Virus record (IMG/VR): IMGVR_UViG_2576861548_000003
Location: 1-64,000 of that record
Length of the DNA stretch: 64,000 nt
DNA from: a virus
Taxonomy: Duplodnaviria; Caudoviricetes
Reading direction: 5' to 3' (one strand)
The notes beneath the pieces were generated by a model. It did no database searches, was not told where the DNA came from, and worked only from the letters and a program-made list of their open reading frames with translations. The translations under genes and the position numbers were made by a program. Of the stretch, positions 1 through 9,241 are shown piece after piece. The number at the start of each line of letters is the position of its first letter. The first letter of the stretch is position 1.

Positions 1-189
1 ATGACCGATGAAGAACTAAGAAAATTTTGTTTAGAGCAAGCTGTTTTAATTTCAATCAATAAGAAATCGCTAAACGAATTTGGACGTATATCTGAATCAA
101 TTTCATTATTTGATTTGTCTAATATGATTTTTCAATATATCAAATCGGGTGCAAAACCGACAGTTAAAATCAGCGTTTCAATTGATTGA
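1..189 (+). CDS. small hypothetical protein
   Basis: 62-aa ORF at window start, convergent with 208-831. Confidence 0.5.
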   Translation: MTDEELRKFCLEQAVLISINKKSLNEFGRISESISLFDLSNMIFQYIKSGAKPTVKISVSID

Positions 190-207
190 TTCTGGGATTA
201 ATAGTGT

Positions 208-831
208 TTATTTCCGATTAATACAAAAGTCATATATGATTCTTTCATAAGGAACATCTCCTTTATACAGAAAGCCATACTCCCCGTAAGGTATATCAGA
301 GTCAACTATGACTTTAAACGCATTATTTTGCATTGGTATTGCAGTAAACGGTATTGTATCAATATTAAAGGCTCTGTATCTACTCCCTGAAAGTACCTTT
401 TCTTTTTCCAATCTTAATGCCCTGTTTTTATTTGTTCTAAACAAACGAACAAGTATAAAATCATTAGGCGTAATGCCATATATAAAAGGATAATTTCTTA
501 TCATCATTCCAACTTCCTTCGCATTCAACATCCGATCTTTGGTTTCATCTATAAAAAAAAAGAAAAACTCTGGCCTCTGATTATCTGTGACCGTTTTAGA
601 TTCAGTACTCCTAAGGCTTAAGGATATACTTGGTTTTTCCCACCCAATCAGGTCTAAATTATTCTTTCCATCTGCAAACGCCGAAGGAGGAATCATGCTT
701 ATCTCCCCTGCCTTTCCTCGAAGATATAATCCCAATTTAATATCGTCTTGTGCAAAGCATATTACAGGATAAATCAACAATAATAATACCATTACATTTT
801 TTTTCATTGCATATTTCATGTTTAGACACAA
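208..831 (-). CDS. exported protein with signal peptide, co-oriented with repressor (likely lysogen-expressed)
   Basis: MKKNVMVLLLLIYPVICFAQ signal-peptide pattern; directly downstream of the repressor; true start probably the MKKN Met. Confidence 0.7.
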   Translation of the reverse strand: MCLNMKYAMKKNVMVLLLLIYPVICFAQDDIKLGLYLRGKAGEISMIPPSAFADGKNNLDLIGWEKPSISLSLRSTESKTVTDNQRPEFFFFFIDETKDRMLNAKEVGMMIRNYPFIYGITPNDFILVRLFRTNKNRALRLEKEKVLSGSRYRAFNIDTIPFTAIPMQNNAFKVIVDSDIPYGEYGFLYKGDVPYERIIYDFCINRK

Positions 832-834
832 CTC

Positions 835-1479
835 TTACAATCTCAACTGTCCGACAACCAAACTAACAGAGTATATTTCACTTTTAGGTATCTTAAATTC
901 AGGATACTTTTCAGAAAACTCCGAAACACATAATATCGCATCATCGGCATCATAAATTCTTTTTATAACGATCCCTTGCGCCGTATCCAACACATGAACC
1001 CGCCCCCATTGTATAAAGTTTGAATTTTTAATAAACAGGCAAGCGACTTCATCGCCAGAATTATATGCAGGTGTCATACTGTCGCCTTGTACTTGAATGG
1101 TAAAATCGTATTTAGGGAATGCTTTTACCAAAGGAATTTGTTCGCATTGGCTCTTTGTAACTCCTTCCATTGCTATAGAAATAGCCCCCGCCGCGGCTGT
1201 ATATGGGATTCTTGGACGTGTTTCTTCAACATATTTAGTAACATCACCTTTGCGTTTCATATCTCCTTTTCCTGTAAAAAACCATTCTACAGAAACTGGA
1301 AATTCTGCAATTGCAGAATATATTAATTGCAGAATATCAATATTCGGACTACTTTGCCTTTCTCCTAATATTGAAGACATTGTACCTATCGGTACTCCCG
1401 ATTTTCTACAAAGCTCTGATCTATTACCATCAAAAAGCTCATTTACAACTATTTGTATTCTTTCATTTATTGTAGTCAT
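835..1479 (-). CDS. CI-like phage repressor (HTH + S24 peptidase)
   Basis: N-terminal HTH, VEWFFTGKG linker, AAAG cleavage site, VQGDSM and IKR catalytic Ser/Lys motifs. Confidence 0.92.
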   Translation of the reverse strand: MTTINERIQIVVNELFDGNRSELCRKSGVPIGTMSSILGERQSSPNIDILQLIYSAIAEFPVSVEWFFTGKGDMKRKGDVTKYVEETRPRIPYTAAAGAISIAMEGVTKSQCEQIPLVKAFPKYDFTIQVQGDSMTPAYNSGDEVACLFIKNSNFIQWGRVHVLDTAQGIVIKRIYDADDAILCVSEFSEKYPEFKIPKSEIYSVSLVVGQLRL

Positions 1480-1509
1480 AGCACATAATTATTTAGAAAT
1501 AATCTAAAT

Positions 1510-1573
1510 TACTTCAATTGCATAAAATTAATACGTTTAAATTTTAATGTTTACGCAATTGCGTATATCTTTG
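1510..1573 (+). promoter_or_regulatory. operator/promoter of prophage 1 genetic switch
   Basis: Perfect palindrome TACGCAATTGCGTA (1552-1565) abuts Bacteroides -7 box TATCTTTG (1566-1573); related CAATTGCATA near 1515. Confidence 0.7.
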
Positions 1574-1627
1574 TCGCATCAAAGTTAATCAATCAATCAA
1601 GAAATAACAAATTAAATAGATAGAATT

Positions 1628-1801
1628 ATGAAAGCAATCATTGACTATAAAAGAGTAAATAGCGAATTAACCGGTGCAATCATGGTAAATGAATACAATG
1701 GCAATCTTAGCTACATCGCAGTAACAGCATCTTCAAGTAAAACATTCAAATCGATGAAGGGCGCTGAAAAATACATGGCCAAATTCAATTACGCAAAATA
1801 G
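1628..1801 (+). CDS. small early protein (57 aa, DUF1391-like SKTFKS..GA motif)
   Basis: Translated by hand: MKAIIDYKRVNSELTG...SSSKTFKSMKGAEKYMAKFNYAK; first gene after the promoter. Confidence 0.6.
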   Translation: MKAIIDYKRVNSELTGAIMVNEYNGNLSYIAVTASSSKTFKSMKGAEKYMAKFNYAK

Positions 1802-1825
1802 TAAAAACAAATAATAAGTAAAACA

Positions 1826-2008
1826 ATGGAAACATCAACACCAATTAAGCCGACTCTTCTTGAAATGGAGATCGGAGCAAAAGTAGCCTTCCCTAAAGAT
1901 CGAAGAAAGTCAGTAAGAACTACAGCATCAGACATTAAAACGGATGAAGGCAAAGTGTTTACGACTTGGATTGAAGACGATAAACTATTTGTGAAACGCA
2001 ATAAATAA
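1826..2008 (+). CDS. small putative DNA-binding early protein
   Basis: 60-aa basic ORF at a Cro-like position. Confidence 0.6.
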   Translation: METSTPIKPTLLEMEIGAKVAFPKDRRKSVRTTASDIKTDEGKVFTTWIEDDKLFVKRNK

Positions 2009-2015
2009 TAGAGTT

Positions 2016-2243
2016 ATGTTAGACAGGTATCAAGAAATATTGCAAGCAGCTAAAGACATAACATTTAGCAAACGCACCGCTCAAAAACTTGTAGGTGGGC
2101 AAAGGAGACTTGAAAGGCTTGTTGCTCAAAACAAAATCAGGGCACTTAAAACTACACCAGCGCAAAACGGACGATGGGAGTGTAATGCAGCCGACGTTTT
2201 AAGACACACAGTGCTAACCACTAAATACGCCTCAGTATGTTAA
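2016..2243 (+). CDS. excisionase-like small DNA-binding protein
   Basis: TFSKRTAQKLVGGQRRLERLV...QNGRW; homologous to 36068-36274. Confidence 0.55.
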   Translation: MLDRYQEILQAAKDITFSKRTAQKLVGGQRRLERLVAQNKIRALKTTPAQNGRWECNAADVLRHTVLTTKYASVC

Positions 2244-2431
2244 CTCCTAAACAGTCCCCTTTCGCCCTAATCGGCATGTTTCTCGCCTGTTTGCTTGCAG
2301 AAGGCGAACCGGAACCGGGTAAATTAATCATCGCACTTCTGGCCGTAATTGTAACGGTACTGTATGTGATAGTATGTAACGAAGTAAATCAACGCAGAAA
2401 TGAAAAGAGAAAATCTGAATTGTATCGGTAA
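2237..2431 (+). CDS. small membrane protein
   Basis: Two hydrophobic segments, basic C-terminus. Confidence 0.55.
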   Translation: MLTPKQSPFALIGMFLACLLAEGEPEPGKLIIALLAVIVTVLYVIVCNEVNQRRNEKRKSELYR

Positions 2432-2636
2432 TTGCCGCCTCTGTTCCGTTCTGGGCGAATGCCCGGCCGATCATGTTCATTGCGAAGATTGCGGAACCGA
2501 AATAGAAACGGGCGAAGGTATTGAAGTCGAAGTTGAAGCGGTGCAGAACGGCCGACACGGTACGAAAATGATAACGGTATGTCCGGGCTGCTTCGCGGAG
2601 TACTATCAGGGAGATGAAACGATAGGGTTTGATTAA
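2400..2636 (+). CDS. Cys-rich zinc-finger-like hypothetical protein
   Basis: Multiple CxxC pairs. Confidence 0.55.
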   Translation: MKRENLNCIGNCRLCSVLGECPADHVHCEDCGTEIETGEGIEVEVEAVQNGRHGTKMITVCPGCFAEYYQGDETIGFD

Positions 2637-2652
2637 AAACGAGTGAAAAAGG

Positions 2653-3405
2653 ATGAAAACTATAGAATTATTTAATGACCATTTCCAAAATTATAAAGTA
2701 TACGGGATTCCCAAAGCGCAATTAATTATTGCAGATGTGCCCTACAATCTTGGAAACAACGCTTACGCCTCCAATCCTTCTTGGTATGTCGATGGCGATA
2801 ACAAGAATGGCGAAAGCGATCTGGCTGGCAAAGAGTTCTTTGATACAGATAAAGACTTTAGACCCGCAGAGTTTATGCACTTCTGTAGCCAAATGTTGAT
2901 GAAAGAACCGAAGGAGAAGAGCAAGGCTCCCTGTATGATTATCTTCTGTGAATTTGAAGATCAGTTCAGATACATTGAACTCGGGAAACGTTACGGGCTG
3001 AATAATTACATAAACCTTGTGTTTAGAAAAGACTTCTCCGCACAAGTCTTAAAGGCAAACATGAAGATTGTCGGCAACTGTGAGTATGGTTTGCTTTTAT
3101 ATAGAGACAAACTCCCTAAGTTCAACAATGACGGACGAATGATATTCAACTGCTTCGACTGGGTGCGGGACGGTGAGACTCCCAAGGTGCACCCAACGCA
3201 AAAGCCGGTACCGCTACTTCGTAGATTGATAGAAATATTCACCGACAAGGGTGATGTAGTCATAGATCCGTGTGCCGGTAGTGGCTCTACTTTGTTAGCC
3301 TCTGCCCAATTAGGACGTAAAGCATACGGATTTGAAATAAAGAAAGATTTCTTTAGAGAGGCTAATAAGTTGGTTTTATCCCGAGTCCAACAATCGTTAT
3401 TTTAA
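2653..3405 (+). CDS. orphan DNA methyltransferase (N4C/N6A, beta class)
   Basis: DVPY catalytic motif, HPTQKP, DPCAGSGST SAM-binding motif. Confidence 0.9.
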   Translation: MKTIELFNDHFQNYKVYGIPKAQLIIADVPYNLGNNAYASNPSWYVDGDNKNGESDLAGKEFFDTDKDFRPAEFMHFCSQMLMKEPKEKSKAPCMIIFCEFEDQFRYIELGKRYGLNNYINLVFRKDFSAQVLKANMKIVGNCEYGLLLYRDKLPKFNNDGRMIFNCFDWVRDGETPKVHPTQKPVPLLRRLIEIFTDKGDVVIDPCAGSGSTLLASAQLGRKAYGFEIKKDFFREANKLVLSRVQQSLF

Positions 3406-3433
3406 CCTTTAACTCCATAAAAATAAATCAATT

Positions 3434-3919
3434 ATGACACACTGGAAAACCCAATTTAATTACCCATATCTGGGCGCTCACAGCCTTCCGGAAGGCAAAG
3501 ATTTAATCCTTACTATCCGAGAAATGAAGCGCGAAGAAGTGACCGGGGAAAACGGTAAGAAAGATATGTGCTTAATCGCATATTTTCACGAGAATGTCAA
3601 ACCGATGGTAGTTAACAAAACCAACTGTAAAACATTGGAGAAACTGTTTAAAACGCCAGATATTGAGCAATGGATCAATAAGGCTATGCAAGTCGGCTCC
3701 GCTCGTGTAAATGTAAAAGGAGAAATGGTAGATGCACTTCGTATCAGACCATTTGCGCCGAAACTGGATGATACCAGATCAACCGTTGAAACCGGCTCCG
3801 CAATCTGGAACAACATTATAGACGGTTTAAAAGGCGGCTATACAGTAAATCAGGTTATCGCTAAGTACAAACTAACCAAAGAACAAATAAAAGAATTACA
3901 GAAACATGAAATCCATTAG
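3434..3919 (+). CDS. conserved phage protein, possibly ssDNA-binding/recombination
   Basis: KPMVVNKTN motif; lies upstream of the exonuclease. Confidence 0.5.
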   Translation: MTHWKTQFNYPYLGAHSLPEGKDLILTIREMKREEVTGENGKKDMCLIAYFHENVKPMVVNKTNCKTLEKLFKTPDIEQWINKAMQVGSARVNVKGEMVDALRIRPFAPKLDDTRSTVETGSAIWNNIIDGLKGGYTVNQVIAKYKLTKEQIKELQKHEIH

Positions 3920-4223
3920 AATAAAACGGGCAACAACTTGTGGTGTCAGGGTTTGCGAAGGTGAATTATTTGAGGCGCATGGCTTTCAGTTCTGTATAAC
4001 AAATAGTTTTGATCCGGTTATCTATTATGCCATCGAAGTAACCTCCGGTATGTCTGCATGTAAGCGGTTTACATTTTATTTTGAGAATGAATACGCTTGC
4101 ATTAAAGCTGTAAAGCAATGGATTGTACAGAATGGAGCACTTTTCGATAATAATTTGCTTGATCGTAGTAAAAAGGCACTGATAAAATACAATATTAAAT
4201 TTCCTCTAAATAATAAAATATGA
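3906..4223 (+). CDS. hypothetical protein
   Basis: Overlaps both neighbours in the operon. Confidence 0.55.
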   Translation: MKSIRIKRATTCGVRVCEGELFEAHGFQFCITNSFDPVIYYAIEVTSGMSACKRFTFYFENEYACIKAVKQWIVQNGALFDNNLLDRSKKALIKYNIKFPLNNKI

Positions 4224-5035
4224 AATCCGCTGAACAAAAAGAATTTGAATGGAAAGAAAAACGGCGTGGTCTGATTACAGCCTCCGTTCTTCCTGATCTG
4301 ATGAAAGCCGGCAAAGGTACGCCATTTGGCAAAGCCGCTTTAGATGTGATGTTTGCTGTTCGCTATGAACGCCGAACCGGAGTAACCCGAGAAAACGGCA
4401 CAGCAAAGGCCTTCGATTGGGGGCACGAAAATGAACCGCTCGCCGTGGAATGGCTACGTACGCAGCTATTAAATGAAATCAAGTCCTGTACTACCGATTT
4501 TGAGGACATCGTATTTAACGAGCCGTTTGAAGGCTTTGGCGATTCGCCGGATGCCTATGTATATGGCTTTGATGGAAAAGTATCGGCACTGGTTGAAATT
4601 AAGTGCCCGATGTCACAAGGAAAGATCGAGTCACTACAACTGCTACAGGAAATTAACGACAAAGATGAATACTATTGGCAGTTTCTCGGGCATTTCCTCG
4701 GTCGCCCGGATATAGATACCCTATATTATGTCATCTATGACGGCTATGTAAATGACGGGCGTCTGCTTGAAATGCACCGGAGTGATCACACTGAAAACAT
4801 ACAGAAGTTGTATGACCGGGTACGACTGGCAAATGAAATGATAGACGAATCATTACGGAGTGGTCGGGATTTTCCGGAATGTATCGACAAGGCTAAGGAA
4901 GTTTTAGCGATAAAGGTTGAAATTGAAACATTAAAACCGAAAGCAAAAGGCAATGTCCCGGTACAAAATCAAATAACAAGGCTAAAAAAGCAATTAAAGA
5001 AATTGAAATTAGCAAGTACTGTCACAACACATTAA
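4220..5035 (+). CDS. YqaJ/lambda-exonuclease-like recombination nuclease
   Basis: EWKEKRRGLITAS, WGHENE, SPD, EIKCP, YYWQ motifs. Confidence 0.88.
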   Translation: MKSAEQKEFEWKEKRRGLITASVLPDLMKAGKGTPFGKAALDVMFAVRYERRTGVTRENGTAKAFDWGHENEPLAVEWLRTQLLNEIKSCTTDFEDIVFNEPFEGFGDSPDAYVYGFDGKVSALVEIKCPMSQGKIESLQLLQEINDKDEYYWQFLGHFLGRPDIDTLYYVIYDGYVNDGRLLEMHRSDHTENIQKLYDRVRLANEMIDESLRSGRDFPECIDKAKEVLAIKVEIETLKPKAKGNVPVQNQITRLKKQLKKLKLASTVTTH

Positions 5036-5059
5036 CATAACATTTTAAAATATACAATT

Positions 5060-5506
5060 ATGATGCACACTTGGTTTTTATGCAAAATCCGTTACGAGAA
5101 AATAGACTCAGACGGAGTTAACAAAAAAGTTACTGAACCCTATTTAGTCGATGCACTCAGCTTCACCGAAGCGGAAGCACGTATTATCGAAGAAACAACA
5201 CCATTTATCACTGGCGAATTTACCGTTACCGATATAAAACGCGCCAATTATAGCGAACTCTTTCCATCTGATGAAGAAGCGGCCGATAAATGGTATGCCG
5301 GACGACTTGCTTTCGTTGTGCTGGATGAAAAGACCGCAAAGGAGAAACGAACCTATACGAATGTACTTGTACAGGCCGCCGATCTCCGCGATGCTATGAA
5401 GAAAGTAGATGAAGGTATGAAAAATACCATGGCGGAATATCAATCTATTGCATTGAAAGAAACTGCAATTATGGATGTCTACCCATATCGTTCAAAGGAT
5501 AAGTAA
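5060..5506 (+). CDS. DUF4494-family Bacteroidetes protein
   Basis: WFLCKIRYEK...EPYLVDALSFTEAEARIIEE; homologous to 43997-44614. Confidence 0.8.
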   Translation: MMHTWFLCKIRYEKIDSDGVNKKVTEPYLVDALSFTEAEARIIEETTPFITGEFTVTDIKRANYSELFPSDEEAADKWYAGRLAFVVLDEKTAKEKRTYTNVLVQAADLRDAMKKVDEGMKNTMAEYQSIALKETAIMDVYPYRSKDK

Positions 5507-5534
5507 CAACAAACCGGGTGAAAGTCCCGGTTAA

Positions 5535-5612
5535 CGGAGCGTAGCTTAAAGGATAGAGCAGCGGCGCGCAGTAAAGACAGCAGTATAGGCGGTTCGATTC
5601 CGCCTCGCTCCA
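5535..5612 (+). ncRNA. tRNA-like element with non-canonical anticodon arm
   Basis: GGAGCG/CGCTCC acceptor, TAGCTT..GAGC D-arm, GGCGG-TTCGATT-CCGCC T-arm; no pairable anticodon stem. Confidence 0.6.
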
Positions 5613-5633
5613 CTACTAACTAATATTATCAAG

Positions 5634-5984
5634 ATGGCAAAATACAACAATACTAAGTACAAAGGATACGACTCTATTCGCGAGTATAGACGGGCGCAAG
5701 AACTGAAACTGCTCGAGAAAAAGGGAATTATCTCTGATCTGCAAGAGCAGTGTAAATACGAGCTTATTCCGGCACAATACGAGTATTATGAAGTGAAGGG
5801 AGTCCGGAAGATGCTGCAGAAAAGAAAGCTATTGGAGAAGTCCCTGTCCTACTATGCCGACTTCGTTTATTATCGTGATGGCGAATTAGTGGTGGAAGAT
5901 GCGAAAGGGATGAAAACGAAAGAGTATATAATCAAAAGAAAACTGATGCTTAGCATACATGGTATCAGAATAAAGGAGGTTTAA
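5634..5984 (+). CDS. DUF1064-like endonuclease
   Basis: KYNN..GYDSIRE, YYADFVY, VVEDAKG PD-(D/E)xK motifs. Confidence 0.8.
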   Translation: MAKYNNTKYKGYDSIREYRRAQELKLLEKKGIISDLQEQCKYELIPAQYEYYEVKGVRKMLQKRKLLEKSLSYYADFVYYRDGELVVEDAKGMKTKEYIIKRKLMLSIHGIRIKEV

Positions 5985-6142
5985 TCATGGCAAAGAAAAT
6001 CATTCAATCACAAAGTAAACCGGACTGCCGGAAGTGTAAGTATGGAGGTGAAGAAAAGAATTATATGTGTTACTGCTCCGCTCTGAGTGTCTTTAGATCG
6101 GTAGGCGTAAGGCCGTGCAGTTATTATGTTTCTCGATAATAT

Positions 6143-6911
6143 GGATGGATATACGTTAATGGAACAAATGCGAAGAGCACGCAGACGCAACAGGCTTACC
6201 GCTACCGAACAAGCACTATTTTATGAATTAGTTGCAGTTTGTAATAGCGAGGGTTGGGAGGACGTTTTCAGTTGCTCAAACATTGAACTATGCTGTTCCC
6301 TCAATATCGACGAGAAAACTTTAGTTCGGGCACGGTTATCTCTAATTAATGCAGGACTGGTTTATTATAAATCGGGTAAAAGTAGAAGAGTAGTCGGTTT
6401 ATATTCTTTCTCTAAAAAGTTCAAAGATGAATCGCCAAAGAAAAAGCCGACTACCGGAAAAAATACGGTAGATGTGCCAACCGAAAAGCCAACCGAAAAG
6501 AAAGGAGATACGCCAGCCGATGCGCCAACCAATATGGGAGCCAATCAGCCAGCCGATGCGCCAGACTATATTAAAACTAAAACGGAAACTAAACTAAAAG
6601 AACTCTCTCTATCTCTCGACGAGCTTTCTTTTATCTCTTTTGAGTTTTTAGATGTCTTTCTGTTGTGGCTGGAATACAAAAAAGAACGAAGAGAAAAATA
6701 TAAATCTGATCGGTCTGTTAAGGCATGCTATGACAAGTTAGTCAGACTAAGCGGAAATGATGCGAATGTAGCAAATGAAATCGTTAATCAGTCTATCGCC
6801 AACAACTGGGCAGGGCTTTTTGAACTTAAAAATAATTGTAGAAATGGAAACAAGGAGCAAACAAATGATGTCGATCAAACAACTATTATCATTCGGAAGG
6901 CCGACATCTGA
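6143..6911 (+). CDS. phage replication initiator (N-terminal wHTH)
   Basis: LTATEQALFYEL..CN, internal low-complexity repeats, C-terminal SIANNWAGLF; start taken at MDGY. Confidence 0.75.
6471..6567 (+). repeat. iteron-like direct repeats in initiator gene (candidate ori)
   Basis: GCCAACCGAAAAG x2 and GCCAGCCGATGCGCCA x2. Confidence 0.55.
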
Positions 6912-7509
6912 CCCTGTGCCCGCAAAGGATCGGGCAGAATGGTTTAAAGAGTGTTGCCGTTTTGTATGCAGCAATTTTCAAATAGACAAATCAAACCGAA
7001 ATGTGATGAATCAAATATTTCTGTACATGGAAAAGGACAGGTCGAAACTGGACCCGGAAAAAGGTATTTTGCTTTGTGGCCCGGTCGGAACCGGAAAATC
7101 TACCATTATGCAGATAATGAACCGATACAGATACTTTGTAAGCGGACAGGATAAAGGCGGTTATCCGATGGGAGGTTTCCGTATTGATTCTGCTTCATTC
7201 ATTGCAAATAGCTTTTCTATGCGAGGCAAGGATGCACTGGAATTGTACACGTACAACAATGGCAGTCCGCGCATGATGTGCTTCGATGAATTAGGGCGTG
7301 AACCCATTCCGGCAAAATACTTCGGTACAGAGTTGAATGTAATGCAATATATCTTTCAGTGCCGATACGAGCTCAGGAAAGAAGCCTTAACGCATGCAAC
7401 AACAAATCTATCAATAAAAGATTTGCAACTTAAATACGGCGCTTATATCGCTGATAGAATTAATGAAATGTTTAATGTGATCGAATTAGGAGGCAGCAGC
7501 AGACGATGA
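6844..7509 (+). CDS. DnaC-like AAA+ ATPase / helicase loader
   Basis: Walker A GPVGTGKS, Walker B CFDELG, TTNL, YGAYIADRINEM. Confidence 0.85.
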   Translation: METRSKQMMSIKQLLSFGRPTSDPVPAKDRAEWFKECCRFVCSNFQIDKSNRNVMNQIFLYMEKDRSKLDPEKGILLCGPVGTGKSTIMQIMNRYRYFVSGQDKGGYPMGGFRIDSASFIANSFSMRGKDALELYTYNNGSPRMMCFDELGREPIPAKYFGTELNVMQYIFQCRYELRKEALTHATTNLSIKDLQLKYGAYIADRINEMFNVIELGGSSRR

Positions 7510-7838
7510 CACCGATAAAAAGAAATAAGAATCCAGCAGGTGACTTTAAAAAGTCAGTAGTTCGCATAGACCTCGATGACTGGAAGCGACTCGACGCTAT
7601 CAAAACTAAATACAAATTCAAAAGTATCTACGAAATCATGCAATATCTGGTAGGTGCATTTCTGAGAGTCGCCGATCCGGAACACGAAGAAAATGACGAT
7701 CCCATACCGGACGAAATTACGGAAATGTTCAGCGACTTTGCGCAGGCTGAGAGGCAGTTCAACTACTCAAAGCCGAAACGGGCATTGCCGCAACACGTGA
7801 AAGACGAGAAGAACGGACAACTACGATTTAAATTTTAA
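7506..7838 (+). CDS. hypothetical, ribbon-helix-helix-like
   Basis: VRIDLDDWKRLDAIK...SIYEIM pattern. Confidence 0.5.
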   Translation: MTPIKRNKNPAGDFKKSVVRIDLDDWKRLDAIKTKYKFKSIYEIMQYLVGAFLRVADPEHEENDDPIPDEITEMFSDFAQAERQFNYSKPKRALPQHVKDEKNGQLRFKF

Positions 7839-7841
7839 ATA

Positions 7842-8174
7842 ATGATCAAGAAACCAATCAACGCAAATTATTTGCAAGATGTTCCGGAACATCATAAGCC
7901 CGTGAACGAACAGAACCGGAAGTATATCGACCGATTCGTTACAGAGAATTACGAACGCTTAAACAGCAAGTTTAAAACAGACGAAAAGATCAATTCAAGC
8001 GGATTCGGGGCACTCGACAAACTGAACGAGACACTTCTAAGGCTTTATACTGATCCGGATTTATGCTTTACGAACTGGCCGGATGCAGAACGGTATATGT
8101 CGAGCAAGTTCACTGAAAAAGAACTACGCATCCCGGTTCGGAAACCAAAGAGAGGGGATGAAGTGGAGAATTAA
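7842..8174 (+). CDS. hypothetical protein
   Basis: 110-aa ORF in operon. Confidence 0.6.
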   Translation: MIKKPINANYLQDVPEHHKPVNEQNRKYIDRFVTENYERLNSKFKTDEKINSSGFGALDKLNETLLRLYTDPDLCFTNWPDAERYMSSKFTEKELRIPVRKPKRGDEVEN

Positions 8175-8197
8175 TTTAAAACAATACAGGAATGAAT

Positions 8198-8228
8198 AAA
8201 AAGGAGGCGGGGTGTAAATCCGCCTCCC
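8198..8228 (-). terminator. intrinsic terminator on the minus strand
   Basis: GGAGGCGG/CCGCCTCC stem with an A-run on its left (U-tail on minus strand). Confidence 0.7.
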
Positions 8229-8237
8229 TGTCTACTC

Positions 8238-8402
8238 TCAACCCTCTTCACGTATCCTTATCCGCTTGTAGAAACCAAGGTTTAAGTATGTGTAAGTTGT
8301 TGTTTTCGCTGTTACTGGGATGGGGTTCTGACAATTTTTGATACAATCTGATATTTTATTTGATAGCATCCCAGCTATTATTGATAGCAGGAATTCTTTC
8401 AT
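8238..8402 (-). CDS. 54-aa small protein with hydrophobic N-terminus
   Basis: Translated by hand: MKEFLLSIIAGMLSNKISDCIKNCQNPIPVTAKTTTYTYLNLGFYKRIRIREEG*; lies between promoter/tRNA-like leader and terminator. Confidence 0.6.
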   Translation of the reverse strand: MKEFLLSIIAGMLSNKISDCIKNCQNPIPVTAKTTTYTYLNLGFYKRIRIREEG

Positions 8403-8431
8403 AAAATGATTGTTTATTTTTAGTAACAGTA

Positions 8432-8499
8432 TATACCTGGTAGGATTCGAACCACATATCCAATTGAAAGTTGGAGCTTAACCATTCGGCCACAGGTAT
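8432..8499 (-). tRNA. degenerate tRNA-Glu(TTC) / tRNA-like element
   Basis: Acceptor ATACCTG/CAGGTAT, anticodon arm TCCAA-CTTTCAA-TTGGA, T-loop GGTTCGAATCC; D- and T-stems each appear one base short. Confidence 0.7.
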
Positions 8500-8510
8500 A
8501 AAAACAGAAG

Positions 8511-8518
8511 CAAATATA
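8511..8518 (-). promoter_or_regulatory. Bacteroides -7 promoter box
   Basis: TATATTTG on minus strand about 11 nt upstream of the tRNA-like element. Confidence 0.65.
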
Positions 8519-8544
8519 CATTTTTAATTGATAGAAAAAATATT

Positions 8545-8979
8545 ATGGCAAAAATTTATGTAGCAAGTAGCTGGAGAAACTCATATCAGCAGGATGTTGT
8601 ATCGTTTCTCCGAAATGAAGGTCACGAAGTGTATGATTTTACACATCCAAACAGTGACATGAATTATGGCTTTTCATGGTCGAATATTGATCCTAATTGG
8701 AAGAACTGGACCACACAGCAGTATCGGGAGGCTCTCAATCATCCGATTGCACAGAAAGGTTTTGAATTAGATTTCAATGCTATGAAATGGGCGGATGTCT
8801 GTGTTATGGTTCTTCCTTGTGGTCGGTCTGCTAATACAGAAGCCGGATGGATGAAAGGTGCAGGTAAAAGAGTTATGGTTTACTCTCCAAAGGAGCAAGA
8901 ACCGGAGCTTATGTATAAGATATACGACTTCATAAGTGACAGTATGTTTAGAATCAATGATAAGATAAATAGAGTATAA
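8545..8979 (+). CDS. nucleoside 2-deoxyribosyltransferase-like protein
   Basis: KIYVASSWRN, DFNAMKWADVCV, SANTEAGW motifs. Confidence 0.7.
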   Translation: MAKIYVASSWRNSYQQDVVSFLRNEGHEVYDFTHPNSDMNYGFSWSNIDPNWKNWTTQQYREALNHPIAQKGFELDFNAMKWADVCVMVLPCGRSANTEAGWMKGAGKRVMVYSPKEQEPELMYKIYDFISDSMFRINDKINRV

Positions 8980-9001
8980 CAAAGCAGAAAGGAATCAAAT
9001 T

Positions 9002-9211
9002 ATGGAAAAGATGTATGTTGTAAGAAAGAGGAATGGAATACTTAATCTGTTCATCGGTGGCCATGCAATAAAATTACCTAATACATGGGGATTCACTGAC
9101 GGTGCAATTGTTGTTCGTTTGGATAAAGAAGATTTTCCCAATGTGAAATGGGAAGATGATGAGCCGACGGAAGTTTTACTTGTCCAAAAGAAAAATAAAT
9201 TCAAAGAATAA
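9002..9211 (+). CDS. hypothetical protein
   Basis: FPNVKWEDDEP motif seen in Bacteroides phage small ORFs. Confidence 0.55.
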   Translation: MEKMYVVRKRNGILNLFIGGHAIKLPNTWGFTDGAIVVRLDKEDFPNVKWEDDEPTEVLLVQKKNKFKE

Positions 9212-9241
9212 TCCTCAAATCAAATTAGAAAGGAGCCAAAC

